A stretch of DNA of 64,000 nt from Spirochaetia bacterium (GCA_965198005.1 CBDAOI010000004.1:736001-800000); one strand, 5' to 3'. Positions 1 to 13,080 are shown, counted from the first letter of the stretch. Notes: generated from the letters alone by a model not told the origin. A program made the numbers and translations.

Positions 1-129
1 CGCTGGAGCCAGCGCTCCGAGCGCCGGATCGGCGAACGCGGGCGGCGCCGCACCGAGAAATTCAACGGCTACGGGGAGTGGGTGGCCTCGATGTACGAGG
101 GGATGGACCTGATCGACACTGACTATTGA
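1..129 (+). CDS. msrP: Protein-methionine-sulfoxide reductase catalytic subunit, C-terminal end (partial at window edge)
   Basis: Frame 1 reads [11 protein letters not shown]...[20 protein letters not shown], the typical MsrP/YedY C-terminus; directly upstream of msrQ. Confidence 0.85.
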   Translation, partial: RWSQRSERRIGERGRRRTEKFNGYGEWVASMYEGMDLIDTDY

Positions 130-159
130 AGTGGTCTGAAGTAGTCTGAGGTAGTCGTC

Positions 160-789
160 ATGCCCGCCGCCCAAGCGAAGCGCCGATCCGCCATCCAGAT
201 GGCCAAGCGAGCCAAGCCGGTAGTGTTACCGCTGACGATGGTGCCGCTGGCGGTGGCGCTGATACGGTACCTCGGCGACCAGTTCGGGGCCAACCCGATC
301 GAGGCGTTCACGCTCGACACCGGCAACTGGGGCATCCGGATGCTGCTGATCACGCTCGCCGTCACCCCGTTGCGCGAGCTGACCGGCTGGAACTGGCTGA
401 TCACCTACCGCCGGCCGCTGGGGCTGGCAGCGTTCTACTATCTGTGCGTCCACCTGCTGGTCTACCTGTACCTGGACTTCGCGTTCGACCTGGAGTTCAT
501 CCTGATCGACGTCTCCACCTCGCTGTACGTAATCGTGGGGGTGGCGTCGTTCCTGCTGCTGATCCCGCTGGCGGTCACCTCCACCACCGGCTGGATCCGG
601 GCGCTGGGCAAGCGCTGGCGCTGGCTGCACCGGCTGGTGTACCCGGCGATCACCCTGGGCGTCGTGCATTACCTGTTGCAGGTCAAGGGTCTCAGCTTCC
701 AGCTCTGGTTCTACATCATCGCTGGCGGCGTGCTGCTCGCCTACCGGCTGGCAGCGCCGGCGCTGAAACGCGCCCGCGCCGGCAAGTAG
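160..789 (+). CDS. msrQ: Sulfoxide reductase heme-binding membrane subunit
   Basis: GANPIE, LAVTPLR, RRPLGL..FYY..H, LAVTS, W..LHRLVY motifs; start may be ATG 199. Confidence 0.9.
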   Translation: MPAAQAKRRSAIQMAKRAKPVVLPLTMVPLAVALIRYLGDQFGANPIEAFTLDTGNWGIRMLLITLAVTPLRELTGWNWLITYRRPLGLAAFYYLCVHLLVYLYLDFAFDLEFILIDVSTSLYVIVGVASFLLLIPLAVTSTTGWIRALGKRWRWLHRLVYPAITLGVVHYLLQVKGLSFQLWFYIIAGGVLLAYRLAAPALKRARAGK

Positions 790-876
790 CGCGCGCGCCG
801 TTCCCCCAGACTTGGTTGCCCCGCGCCGTGGAAGCGGGTACGTTTTTGCGTATCGGTAATTCATACAGGAGGAGAC

Positions 877-1092
877 ATGCATATCTCCGAGCGAGGTCAG
901 ATCACCATACCCAAGTCGCTGCGTGAACGGTTCGGGATGAACCACAATGTCGAGGTCGACATTACGCCGACCGAGAACGGGTTGCTCATACGCAAGCGAA
1001 CGACCGCCGAGCATCCGGTTGAACGCGTCTACGGGTTGCTTGGCCCCGGTGGGAACACCGACGACTATCTCGAGGAGATTCGCGGCAGGTGA
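877..1092 (+). CDS. AbrB/MazE/SpoVT-family antitoxin
   Basis: ISERGQITIPKSLRERFG motif; AGGAGG RBS; GTGA overlap with a PIN gene. Confidence 0.85.
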   Translation: MHISERGQITIPKSLRERFGMNHNVEVDITPTENGLLIRKRTTAEHPVERVYGLLGPGGNTDDYLEEIRGR

Positions 1093-1232
1093 TTACCGCA
1101 GTCGATACCAGCGTGCTGCTGGACGTGTTCCAGGCCGACAAACAGCACGGCCCATCGTCGAAACAGCGGCTGCGCAGCGCGTACGACCGCGGCGCCTTGA
1201 TCATCTGTGGAGCGAGTGCGGCTGCCGGTTGA
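1089..1232 (+). pseudogene. VapC/PIN toxin, N-terminal fragment only
   Basis: MITAVDTSVLLDVF...AYDRGALIIC, then unrelated sequence and a stop after about 47 codons. Confidence 0.75.
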
Positions 1233-1239
1233 GCGCAAG

Positions 1240-1604
1240 GTGCAGCTCGCGGTCCAGCTCCACGACCGGCTCAGCGACCCCTCGGGCACCTACCTGCTCG
1301 GCACCGATCAGCTCGGCCGGGACGTGCTGAGCCGGCTGGTGTACGGCGCCCGCACCTCGCACGGGGTGGGCTTTGCCGCCACCCTGCCGAGCACGCTGGT
1401 GGCGCTGCCAGTGTTTCGATGATCCGCCGCCGGCTCTCTCCCTGTATCCGGCTGCCCCCCGTGGCTGGCGCTGTGGCCCGGGATATGCCTGACGCTCATG
1501 GTGTACAGTTTCAACATGTTGGGTGATGCGATGCGGGACTTGCTCGACCCAAGGCTCAGGGGTGGTGGCGGTCGTCTCGCGGCCGATGCCGCCAGGGCGG
1601 TTTA
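1240..1604 (+). pseudogene. Dpp/Opp-type ABC permease (DppC-like) fragments
   Basis: YLLGTDQLGRDVLSRLVYGARTS followed, after a large internal deletion, by WLALWPGICLTLMVYSFNMLGDAMRDLLDPRL. Confidence 0.8.
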
Positions 1605-1680
1605 GATTTAGACGGGTCTAGACGGTTTGGACGTGCGTCTGATGGTACGCCGCACACAGGCGGCGGGAGAAACGCCGCCG

Positions 1681-2416
1681 TCACTGTGCCGTATAACCTC
1701 CGTCAATGACTAATTCCGCCCCGGTCATGAACGAGGTCTCGTCAGAGGCCAAGTACAACACACCATAGGCGATCTCTTCCGGCGTACCAAGTCTGCCAAG
1801 AGGGATTGTATGCAGTCCTCGTGTCAGAATCTCCGGGTCCTTCAGGGCCTCTTCGGTCATCGGGGTGCTAATACGGCCGGGGTGAATCGAGTTACACCGG
1901 ATGTTGTCTTTGGCGTGCTGTACGGCAGTTAACTTCGTAAACACGCGTACCGCACCCTTGGAGGCGTTGTATGCTGGAGCGCCTTGGGCGACCATGCCAG
2001 AGATAGACGAAATATTGACGATTGACCCACCACCGGCCCGGCGCATCGCCGGAATAGCGTATTTCGTCCCTAGAAAAACACCGGTGGCGTTCACTGCCAT
2101 CACGGCGTCCCAGAGTTCTTTGCTGGTCGCTTCGATGGCTTGAGTTCGCAGAATCCCAGCGTTATTCACGAGGATGTCCAGCCGGTCGTAGTTCGACTCG
2201 GCAGCAGCGACCGCTTGCTGCCAATCCTCTTCCTCGGTGACGTCGAGATGGATGTAAGTGGCTTCTCCACCGGCGCGGCGAATGTCTTCTGCAACCTGCT
2301 CGCCGGCGTCATCCAACACGTCTCCCAAGACGACCTTGGCGCCTTCGGTGGCAAAGAGCCTAGCCTCTGTGGCGCCTTGTCCACGTGCGCCACCGCTGAT
2401 GAGCGCCACTTTCTCT

Positions 2417-2430
<14 letters not shown>
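1681..2430 (-). CDS. Short-chain dehydrogenase/reductase (SDR)
   Basis: SGGARGQG, NNAG, YNASK catalytic motif, IDGG; start MGRLEEK at 2430. Confidence 0.92.
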
Positions 2431-5089
<2,659 letters not shown>

Positions 5090-5208
5090 CGTTCGCTCCC
5101 TCCATTGCGAAGATACGCGCCGGCACGCCCTCCCGGCAAAAGCGTTGCCGGCGGACTGCCTGCCCGTCCGGTGCTCTCCATGTCAACGCGTCTGGAAGTG
5201 CGAAAGCC

Positions 5209-5690
5209 TTGGCTGACGGCTCAATAAGGGTCATCCGAACTGTTGGTCAGGACCCAGATGCGCCGGCGGTCGGCGTGCAGTTCCTGCCGCTCCGGGGAGA
5301 GCCGATGCCGGCGGGCCACACTCTCGACGTGACGCTCGACGGCGAATTGGCCGCCACCGCACAGGTCGCGCCGGGCGCGACGGCGGCGACCTTCAGCGGG
5401 TTGCCGGCCGCCGCCAAGGTGGTGGAAATATGGCTGCCGCACACCAGCCCGATCGAGGTCACCGGCTTGGCAGTGAGTCCGGGATGCTGCTGCGAGCCAG
5501 TGGCCGACGCACGTCCCCGGTGGATCACCTACGGCAGCTCGCTGACCCATTGCCGGCGGCCGCACAGCCCGGCGCGCACCTGGCCGGCGATCGTGGCGCG
5601 GCGGCGTGGACTCCACCTTACGTCGCTGGGATTTGGCGGCAACTGCTGCCTGGAGCCGATGCTGGGAGTCACCATCCGCGCCCTGCCCGC
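5209..5690 (+). pseudogene. SGNH/GDSL hydrolase fragment
   Basis: VEIWLPH, WITYGSSLTH, PARTWPAIVAR, LGFGGNC; C-terminal half absent. Confidence 0.65.
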
Positions 5691-5699
5691 CCCTTGCGA

Positions 5700-6247
5700 G
5701 CGAACGCTCCGATGCCGCCATTCTCGCGGCGCGGATCATGCGGCGCGGCAGCGGCCAGTTGCTGCTCGATCTCTCGGCACGCGGTGAACTGGAACGGGAG
5801 CTTGCTGAGGCGCTCCGACAGGTCCGCACGGGGAACCCGGAAGTTGCCGGGATTCATGCCCGCGAGCGATATCGACCGTCCATGCTGATCGTCGGGCTGG
5901 AGCCGCCGTTGCTGAAGCGTGTGCTGGGCATGTTCGACCGCGCCGGGAGGGTGGTTACGCTGCGAACCGGCAATGCCGAGCTGGACACCTTGAACGCTGA
6001 GGTGGGGTTGCGCGGCGCCAAGTCCCTGGGATCGCTCGGGGTCATCTTCTGCTACGGCCCCGAACTCAACGTCGTCGCGGCAGCCGCAGCGTATTCGAGA
6101 CTGGACGGGGTGAGCTACGCCGAGCCCGACACGCGTCTGGGAGACGGCCCTGACATCGAGGCGGCGCGGGTGAACGGGGCCATCAGGGAGGCCGACTCCA
6201 CGGAGGCTCCGTTCCGCCTCCTGATGGCTAGACGCTGGGGACGATGA
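5700..6247 (+). pseudogene. Hypothetical protein fragment
   Basis: Protein-like frame within ORF 5606..6247 (LAEALRQVR...YAEPDTRLGDGPDIEA); no clear start. Confidence 0.35.
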
Positions 6248-6388
6248 CTCCGGCTGAGCCGGCGGTCCGGTCTGACTGTCCCTATCGATATACCTCTCTC
6301 CGGTGCGCGACGGCGAGCACCAGGATAATGAGACGGGCATGCTCCAGGCGGGTGGCTTGGTCTGGCGGCTAAGACTATCATAGTCATT

Positions 6389-6670
6389 ATGACGACGGTG
6401 TCGATTTCCAGCTTGAAGGCCAATCTCTCGCGCTACATCCGTGAGGTTCGTCGCGGCGGGGAGGTACAGGTCCTGGATCGAGGCGTGCCGGTTGCGAGGC
6501 TGGTCCCCGCCGCGGCGAGCGACGCTGGCGAAACCCGGGACCGGCTGATCGGCACCGGTCTGCTGCGACCCGGCCGCGGAGACGCGGCATCTATTCTGGA
6601 CCAGCCGCCGCTGAATCTGTCAGCCAGCATCGCGCAGGCGCTGGCCGAGGATCGCGCCGATCAGCTGTGA
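6389..6670 (+). CDS. Phd/YefM-family antitoxin
   Basis: SISSLKANLSRYIREVRRGGEVQVLDRGVPVARLVP; palindrome GACTATCATAGTC just upstream. Confidence 0.9.
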   Translation: MTTVSISSLKANLSRYIREVRRGGEVQVLDRGVPVARLVPAAASDAGETRDRLIGTGLLRPGRGDAASILDQPPLNLSASIAQALAEDRADQL

Positions 6671-7170
6671 GATATTGGGATGCATCGGCGCTCGTCCCGC
6701 TACTCGTCGCTGAGACGAACAGCGCGACGGTGCGAAACTGGCTCGCCGAAGACGACCGAATCGTCACCTGGGTGTGGACGAGCACGGAGATTACCAGTGC
6801 GCTGGAGCGCCGTACCCGCGAGGGCTTGCTTACCCGGCGGCAGCGGCGCGAAGTCGTCGATCGGTTGGATGACTTGGCATCCCGGTGGGATGAAGTAACC
6901 GACGTGCTGGCCGTTCGTACGCGCGCACGCTCGCTGTTGGCGCGCCATCCGCTGCGAGCTGCCGATGCGGGTCAGCTTGGCGCGGCGCTGTTGGTGGCTG
7001 AGCAACTGGCCGGCACCCTCACCTTCCACTGCCTGGACGGGAGATTGACCCTCGCGGCAGAACAGGAGGGCCTACATGTGATCGCCTCCCCATCGGTGAC
7101 AACGTCGCTGGAGCACGACCCCGGCGCCCCGGAGGCCCGCGAAAGCGACGATCAACCCCCCGAAACTTAG
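6667..7170 (+). CDS. VapC/PIN toxin
   Basis: MRYWDASALVPL...EITSAL...LRAADAGQL...DGRL; GTGA overlap with antitoxin. Confidence 0.9.
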   Translation: MRYWDASALVPLLVAETNSATVRNWLAEDDRIVTWVWTSTEITSALERRTREGLLTRRQRREVVDRLDDLASRWDEVTDVLAVRTRARSLLARHPLRAADAGQLGAALLVAEQLAGTLTFHCLDGRLTLAAEQEGLHVIASPSVTTSLEHDPGAPEARESDDQPPET

Positions 7171-7352
7171 GGACGGCGCAAGTATTACTACAGATTACGT
7201 AGCGCACCTATAACCGGCGGGGCTCTCGCAGATCATCACGATACAGCGGGAGATGGCTGAGAAATATCTTTCCCACATAAATAATTATACACGATCCTGG
7301 GACTTCCCGTCCAGCACCACGGATGTTATAGTTGCGCCACCATGGAGCGTAA

Positions 7353-8963
7353 TCATAACATGACGCCGCCCGCTGAGATCGCTCGTTTCGACCAGCTCGG
7401 GCTGTGGTCACTAGCATAGCCGCTCCAAAATTTACCCGATACACCAAGTGGAGGAGCCTTTTTGCCCCCTACTGTCGAACTCATACCATAATCTCCAGTC
7501 ATCTCTCTACCGTCATATCCCGCAGGCTCCTCTACCACAATATCCACATCAACGCCAATCTCACGCCAGTATGCGGCCTGTAATTCTGTAAAGCTCAAAT
7601 CATAGTTCACGAAGTGATTGAACAAGGTCTTGAATCTAATGCCATCCGGGCCGCGCGGATACCCAGCCTCATCAAGGAGCCTCTCGGCCCCTGCCACGTC
7701 ATAGGTATAGTATCCCTTGAGCTCTTCGGACCACTCTTCAAATGGGACGGTATACCCCGCAGCGCCTAATTCCCTGCCTACATACCCCTGAGGTATCCAA
7801 TCTGCATAACCCTTATAGTAGGTATCGTTCATTGTCTCGAGGTCCAGTGCCATCTGCATTGCGTGGCGCACCAGGATGTCGTCAAAGGGCGGCTTGCTCA
7901 CGTTAAGCAAAACACTAGTATTCGACCGTTCTGCCCACGGGATGATCACGAGTTCGGGGTTGGTCCGTATGAGGCTCTCTGCTTCGTCTAGAGAGGTTAA
8001 GTAAGTGGAGCCCTGGCCACCTATGAAATCGATCTTAGCCGTGCGCAGTCCCGCCATTATTGTTGCCGTTTCCGTGATAACAAGGGCCTTTAACTCGTCA
8101 ATATAGGGCAAGCGGTTCTCCGGGTATTTTTCGTCGTAGCCCCAGTAGTTGGGATTCTTGGTCCAGGTTATAGAGGTGCCCGGGACGGAGTCAGTCAGCT
8201 CAAAGGGCCCGGTGCCGACCACATTCCTCCAATCCTTCATGTCCCCGTATTCCTCGATTACCTCGGGGGGCTGTATAACCATACCGGCATAGTCCAAGAT
8301 ATAGTTCAGGGCCGCGAGTCTTAGCTCCTTCAGCTTCATAACAACCGTATATTTGTCGGTGGCCGTTACCGATTCCCAAGGCAAAGCTACGAGGGCAGCT
8401 GCAGCTGGGGAAGGTTCGGCTTCACTGAACTGGGTCCCTGTCAATTTATTTCCCAACATGCGGTGAAAGGTATGTTCTACATCCTGGGCAGTTAGCTCCC
8501 GACCGTTCATCGGCGCCTTATCATGCCAGTGAACGCCCTGGCGGATGTGGAAGGTAAAGGTGAGGCCGTCCTCGGAAGTATCCCAGCTTTCAGCCAGCGC
8601 CCCCCTTAGGGCAGATACAGGCACCATACCGCGGTCGATAAAAGGCCACATGTCCCTATCTATTGCCCAGTCCGCGATGCTTAGTTTCTCTAGAACGCCA
8701 CTGGTGAAATACCATAACGCATTTATGTGAAACCAGGCGTCAGCACCAACACTGCTGACGTCGTATTTCAGGGTGTTGGTTAATGTCCCGCCGTACTCTG
8801 GCGCCACCACCACCTTGCCGGTGACGGGGTCGGTTACATACTTCTTGTCGGCGGCGGCTGCCGGCTCCTCTTCAGCGCCAACGGCCCAGAGGCCGGTCGC
8901 GGTCAGCACCAGGACCAACGCAACAGCGAAGGTCCTTGTAATTGTATTTTGTACAATAATCAT
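7353..8963 (-). CDS. ABC transporter family-5 substrate-binding protein, probably C-terminally truncated
   Basis: Signal peptide, LAESW, GTGPF, KNPNYW, VRHAMQMA; lacks the last ~60 aa seen in paralogue 17327..19132. Confidence 0.85.
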   Translation of the reverse strand: MIIVQNTITRTFAVALVLVLTATGLWAVGAEEEPAAAADKKYVTDPVTGKVVVAPEYGGTLTNTLKYDVSSVGADAWFHINALWYFTSGVLEKLSIADWAIDRDMWPFIDRGMVPVSALRGALAESWDTSEDGLTFTFHIRQGVHWHDKAPMNGRELTAQDVEHTFHRMLGNKLTGTQFSEAEPSPAAAALVALPWESVTATDKYTVVMKLKELRLAALNYILDYAGMVIQPPEVIEEYGDMKDWRNVVGTGPFELTDSVPGTSITWTKNPNYWGYDEKYPENRLPYIDELKALVITETATIMAGLRTAKIDFIGGQGSTYLTSLDEAESLIRTNPELVIIPWAERSNTSVLLNVSKPPFDDILVRHAMQMALDLETMNDTYYKGYADWIPQGYVGRELGAAGYTVPFEEWSEELKGYYTYDVAGAERLLDEAGYPRGPDGIRFKTLFNHFVNYDLSFTELQAAYWREIGVDVDIVVEEPAGYDGREMTGDYGMSSTVGGKKAPPLGVSGKFWSGYASDHSPSWSKRAISAGGVML

Positions 8964-9069
8964 ACGTAGCTCCGTATATAGATTTTTCGAGAGTATTGCG
9001 TAGCGGATTGCCGCTCCCTGGCTACTCTCGGGCCCGCAACGCGGGCGACCAGTCTGAGTCAAATTCACT

Positions 9070-9122
9070 AAAAGCGCGCGGCGTGTGACTCAGCCCGGTT
9101 GACCCCGGCTCACGCCGCGCGC
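9070..9122 (-). terminator. Terminator-like hairpin in the leader of the SBP gene
   Basis: 12-bp stem GCGCGCGGCGTG/CACGCCGCGCGC followed by TTTT on the minus strand. Confidence 0.5.
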
Positions 9123-9504
9123 GCGTGCGGTTCTTTGAGTATCATGCGAACCTCCTTCTTCTCTAGATTTACGTCGGGATCTGCGTTACAACGCCACGCG
9201 TGGCGGTGGTCTGAGCAGCAGTGAGTCTGAATGGCCGCCAACGCAGGCGGTGGGTATTGCGCGCAGTTAGTCGCGGGCGGGGATCCGGGACGGTTGCGGT
9301 CGCCTGGAAGGACGCGCGCGGTCCGCATGCCGGTTCGGCGATGGACCGAGCGGGCGCCACCGATAGCTACGGCGGTGGTGAAGGCGACGGTGTGCGCGGG
9401 GTCGCGTAGGGGGCGATCAGCCCGAGCGGTTAGTTGTTTCTCGGTTTGAAAAAGTTGGGGGGGGGTATGATGCGGGTATGATGCACCGGTCGCGTCACAG
9501 CGAA

Positions 9505-10160
9505 CCGGTCACTGCGCTGCCTGTCATCGTGACGCTTCATGACCATCCGTCGAACCCCAAGTGAGGCACGCTAGCATAGGCGCGGCGCGCCGTCAACGAC
9601 TCGTGGGGGTCACCGGGGTGAGCGAAGGTCACCGGCAACCGGTCACTGCGCTGACTGTCATCATGGCGTTTCATCACCGTTCCATCGGACCCCAAGCGAA
9701 GCAAGCTTGCTCTGGACGCGGCCACCCTGTCAACGACTCGGACGTCACCGACCGTGACCGCCAACCGGTCACTGCGCTGACTGTCGTCATGGCGCGTCAT
9801 CATCGATCGGTCGAACCCCAAGCGAGGCAAGCATGCGATGGACGCGACCACCCGGTCAACGACTCGGAGGTCTCCGAACGTCACCGGCCACCGGCCACTG
9901 CGCTGACTGTCATCATGGCGCGTCATCATCGATCCGTCGAACCCCACACGAGGCAAGCTTGCTATGGACGCGACCAGCCTGTCAACGACTCGGACGTCAC
10001 CGAACATCACCGGCCACCGGCCACTGCGCTGCCTGTCATCATGGCGCTTCATCATCGATCCGTCGAACCCAGGCGAGGCAAGCTTGCTATGGACGCGACC
10101 ACCCGGTCAACCACTCGGAGGTGACCGACCCTGACCGCCGAACCCCAGGCGAGGCAAGGT
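9505..10160. repeat. Tandem array of about five 126-bp units
   Basis: Anchor CACTGCGCTG at 9510, 9644, 9770, 9896, 10022 (spacing 134,126,126,126). Confidence 0.92.
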
Positions 10161-10279
10161 GCGCGGCGCGCCCTGCAGCTGGTCAAGCGCAGCTCGCTGG
10201 TGATGGTGTTCCCCGAGCGGCCGTCCGTCCGTGCTCGGGCTTGCGTATCCCCGACACGGTCAGTGCACGGGCCCCGAGC

Positions 10280-10582
10280 TCAGAGCGGCTTCCGCGGTGC
10301 TTCCAGCGTAGCCAACGCGGCCAGTACTGACTCGCCGCTGGCGTTGCCCGTGGCACCCAGCGCGGCAAGGCGGTCGAGGGCTTCCCATAGTGTCACTCCC
10401 AGTAGACCGGCAGCTTGCCGTAGGCTGACCTCCCCTACCCGGTGCTGGCCGGCGACGTAGGCTTCGAATCCCATTCGGGCCAGCTTGCGCAATGACTGTG
10501 CCTGCGCGGCGTGTTCCCGGTCGGCGACATACCGGACGGCTGTCTCAATTTCCTCGGTAATCCGTATGCTGCGAACACTCAT
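10280..10582 (-). CDS. UPF0175-family antitoxin-like protein
   Basis: C-terminal GEVSLRQAAGLLGVTLWEALDRL HTH pattern; downstream of PIN gene. Confidence 0.75.
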   Translation of the reverse strand: MSVRSIRITEEIETAVRYVADREHAAQAQSLRKLARMGFEAYVAGQHRVGEVSLRQAAGLLGVTLWEALDRLAALGATGNASGESVLAALATLEAPRKPL

Positions 10583-10585
10583 TGC

Positions 10586-10831
10586 TCAAGTCCTCTCATC
10601 AGGTGGCGAACGATCTGATATTCTTCGCTGCTGATGGACTGCTGAAGACGCTGCAGCAACCGCTCGGCCTCTTGTCGCGATGTTCGTGGCAATCAGTTCT
10701 GACGCCGCGCGACCAGAACCTTGGACCACGGCCTCCTTCACGACGGGCTCCGGGACGACCACCTTGAAGGCGTCGAGGACATGCTCCTTGTATCCCGCCT
10801 GCGTGATCTTGATCAGGCAATCTGCGTCCAT
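10586..10831 (-). pseudogene. PIN-domain toxin, internally deleted
   Basis: VLMDADCLIK...VVVPEPVVKEAV; only ~80 aa, later acidic PIN residues missing. Confidence 0.6.
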
Positions 10832-11099
10832 CAGCACGTGAAGCACGTAGTGCATTGTAGTCCGGGAAGGACAACGAGGCAAGGCCAGCCTGAGCGCCTA
10901 GTGGATCGGACGACGTTGAACGACCTCTCGTACGAGACCTCGGGTGGAGAGAAGGCACGCATGCCCTCCAGGCGGGCAGCGTCGAGGCGCCAGCGGTCCA
11001 CCTCGAGGCCGAGCTCCCTCATGCCCCGTTCCACGCAGTTGACCTGCACCTCGTAACCAATCAGAAGCGCCACGAAGATTTCGACAGTCGTACAGTGAT

Positions 11100-12518
11100 A
11101 TGGCCACTCAAGTTGCGCTCGCTGCCACCGCCGGGCACAAACGGTACATTGCGCGCGGCAAGAACCAGTTGCACACCATCTTCGAAAACCACTTCAGTGA
11201 GTTCTGCGATCAGTACGATGAGCGCTTCGCCCAGAAATACGGAAGGTTCCGTCTACGACGGATAGAAAGCGTCGCCGAACGGTTTGGCACGTGCGGCGAC
11301 TATCGACACGGGGTCGCCCGTATCCGCTGCACCAATCCCGAATGTGGCCACGACCACTTTCGGCCATTCAGCTGCTTAACGTAAGCGAAGCGTCGTCGGG
11401 TTCTACCTCTGCCCGTCGTGTAGCCAGAAACGGACGCTTCTATTTGCCGAGCATCTCACTGACGAGGTGCTTCTGAACTTGCCGCATCGCCAGTTCGTGT
11501 TCGCCCTGCCGAAGGCGCTGCGCATCTTCTTCCGCCACGACCGCCGGCTATTCGGCCATGTCTCGCGGCTGATCTACCACATCATCCAGGAGTTCTATCA
11601 TCAAGCTGCCGGTAGGCCGATTCGGACCGGTGTCGTAATCGCTCACCAGACATTCGGCGACATGTTGCGCTGGAACCCTCATTTCCACGCAATCGTCTTG
11701 GAAGGCGGTTTCGACGAGCAGGGTACCTTCGTGTACATACCGCTTGGCCACCTCCAGGCCATGACCGAGCTGCTGCGTCGCCGGGTGGTCGCGTTGCTGG
11801 TGGATCAGAAGCTACTCGACCGCCGCTTCGCGCGTAACATGCTCTCCTGGCGGCACTCCGGCTTCAGCATTGACAATTCAGTTCGCATCCTCGATCGAGG
11901 TGTACAGCGATCTCTGGCTGAATACGTCTCGCGCCCTGCGATCTCCGCGCAAGCGCTGGAACAAGATCCGCTATGAACCCTTCAAAGGTCGTGTGTTGTT
12001 CCACACCACATACTCGGACTATTTCAAGCGCTGGGAATGCCAGCGCCAGAAATCGTACACCTCTTCGACGCTCTGGACTTCCTTGCCGAGCTCGGAGATT
12101 GCCTGCGGCAACTCTACAGCACATCCCACCGGCGCGGGTGCAACTCATTCGTCGTTATGGTTTGTACTCCTCGCGGATCAAGGGTCACTGGACCCGCATG
12201 CCCTACGTTCTGCAGCGGGCGCCATCAGGTTGGACGAGCCAAGATGACGACACGGCCGCCACCGCATCCAACAGGGCCGCGAGCTCAGAGGTGCCTGCAA
12301 CGGAAACCGACGCTCCAGACGCGCGTGAACGTCGGCATGCGTGGGCCCGCCTGCTCGCTCGAGTCTACGAAATCGACCCACTTGTCTGCCCCCGCTGCGG
12401 AGCCCGGTTACGGGTGATTGCAGTGATCCGGAATCCCGTGCAAATCATAAAGATCCTGAACCACTTGGTGAGAACCGGTCGGGCACCGCCGGGGCTCGAT
12501 CCGACCACCCTCGACTGA
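11100..12518 (+). pseudogene. IS91-family (Y2/HUH rolling-circle) transposase with four frameshifts
   Basis: Zn-binding CGD...C...PFSC..FYLCPSC, PHRQFVF, HQTFGDMLRWNPHFH, GFSIDNSVRI, QHIPP...IRRYGLYS, WARLLARVYEIDPLVCPRCG; element probably extends to ~12782. Confidence 0.9.
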
Positions 12519-12782
12519 ACAGGTTACTCGGCGCTGAGCCGAACTGCCGCTCGGATTGCGGCGGCGGTTCCACCCAGGGCAAGGTGCGAACGCCCGCGTC
12601 GGCGGCAGTCTTCACCGAGCCTCATCGCAGCCCCTATGCGCGGCATTCTCACCGGCACGCGCCGGCGTCAGCTGTCGTTATCGCTGCTTCAGCCAGCCGT
12701 TCGCCATCGTGTCGATCAGTTACCATCCCGATGCTGCTCGCGGTGCTTTTACGCTCGTTCGCTCTCGATTACTCTTCCTATC

Positions 12783-13080
12783 ATTTGACAAGAACCATCA
12801 ACGCGTTCGCGAACTCCTCGCGCGCACCAAGACCGATCTGGTAACCACCTGGCCGGTCATGACCGAGACTTGTCACATGTTGGACTTCCGCGTGGATGCC
12901 CAGTTGAGCTTCCTGGAATGGATGCAGCCTGGCGCACTACAGCTGCACGAACTGAGAGCGACCGATCTGCAGAGGATCATCAGCTTGACCCGGGACTACC
13001 GCGATCGACCCATGGACCTTGCCGATGCGAGTTTGCTGGTGACCTCAGAAACACTCGATGTGCGGCAGATTATACGCGCC
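12783..13080 (+). pseudogene. PIN/VapC toxin lacking its N-terminus
   Basis: DKNHQR...LVTTWPVMTETCHML...YRDRPMDLADASL; begins where the IS91 downstream region ends. Confidence 0.75.

Noticed and set aside
9510-10045. CxxCH (CADCH/CAACH) in one frame of four repeat units, suggesting a multiheme cytochrome
   Set aside because: That frame has stops (e.g. TGA at 9755), one unit reads CADCR, units are not all in frame and there is no signal peptide
9505-10160. Array as CRISPR or WD40 gene
   Set aside because: No unique spacers or cas genes; the 42-aa period lacks WD and substitutions are mostly non-synonymous
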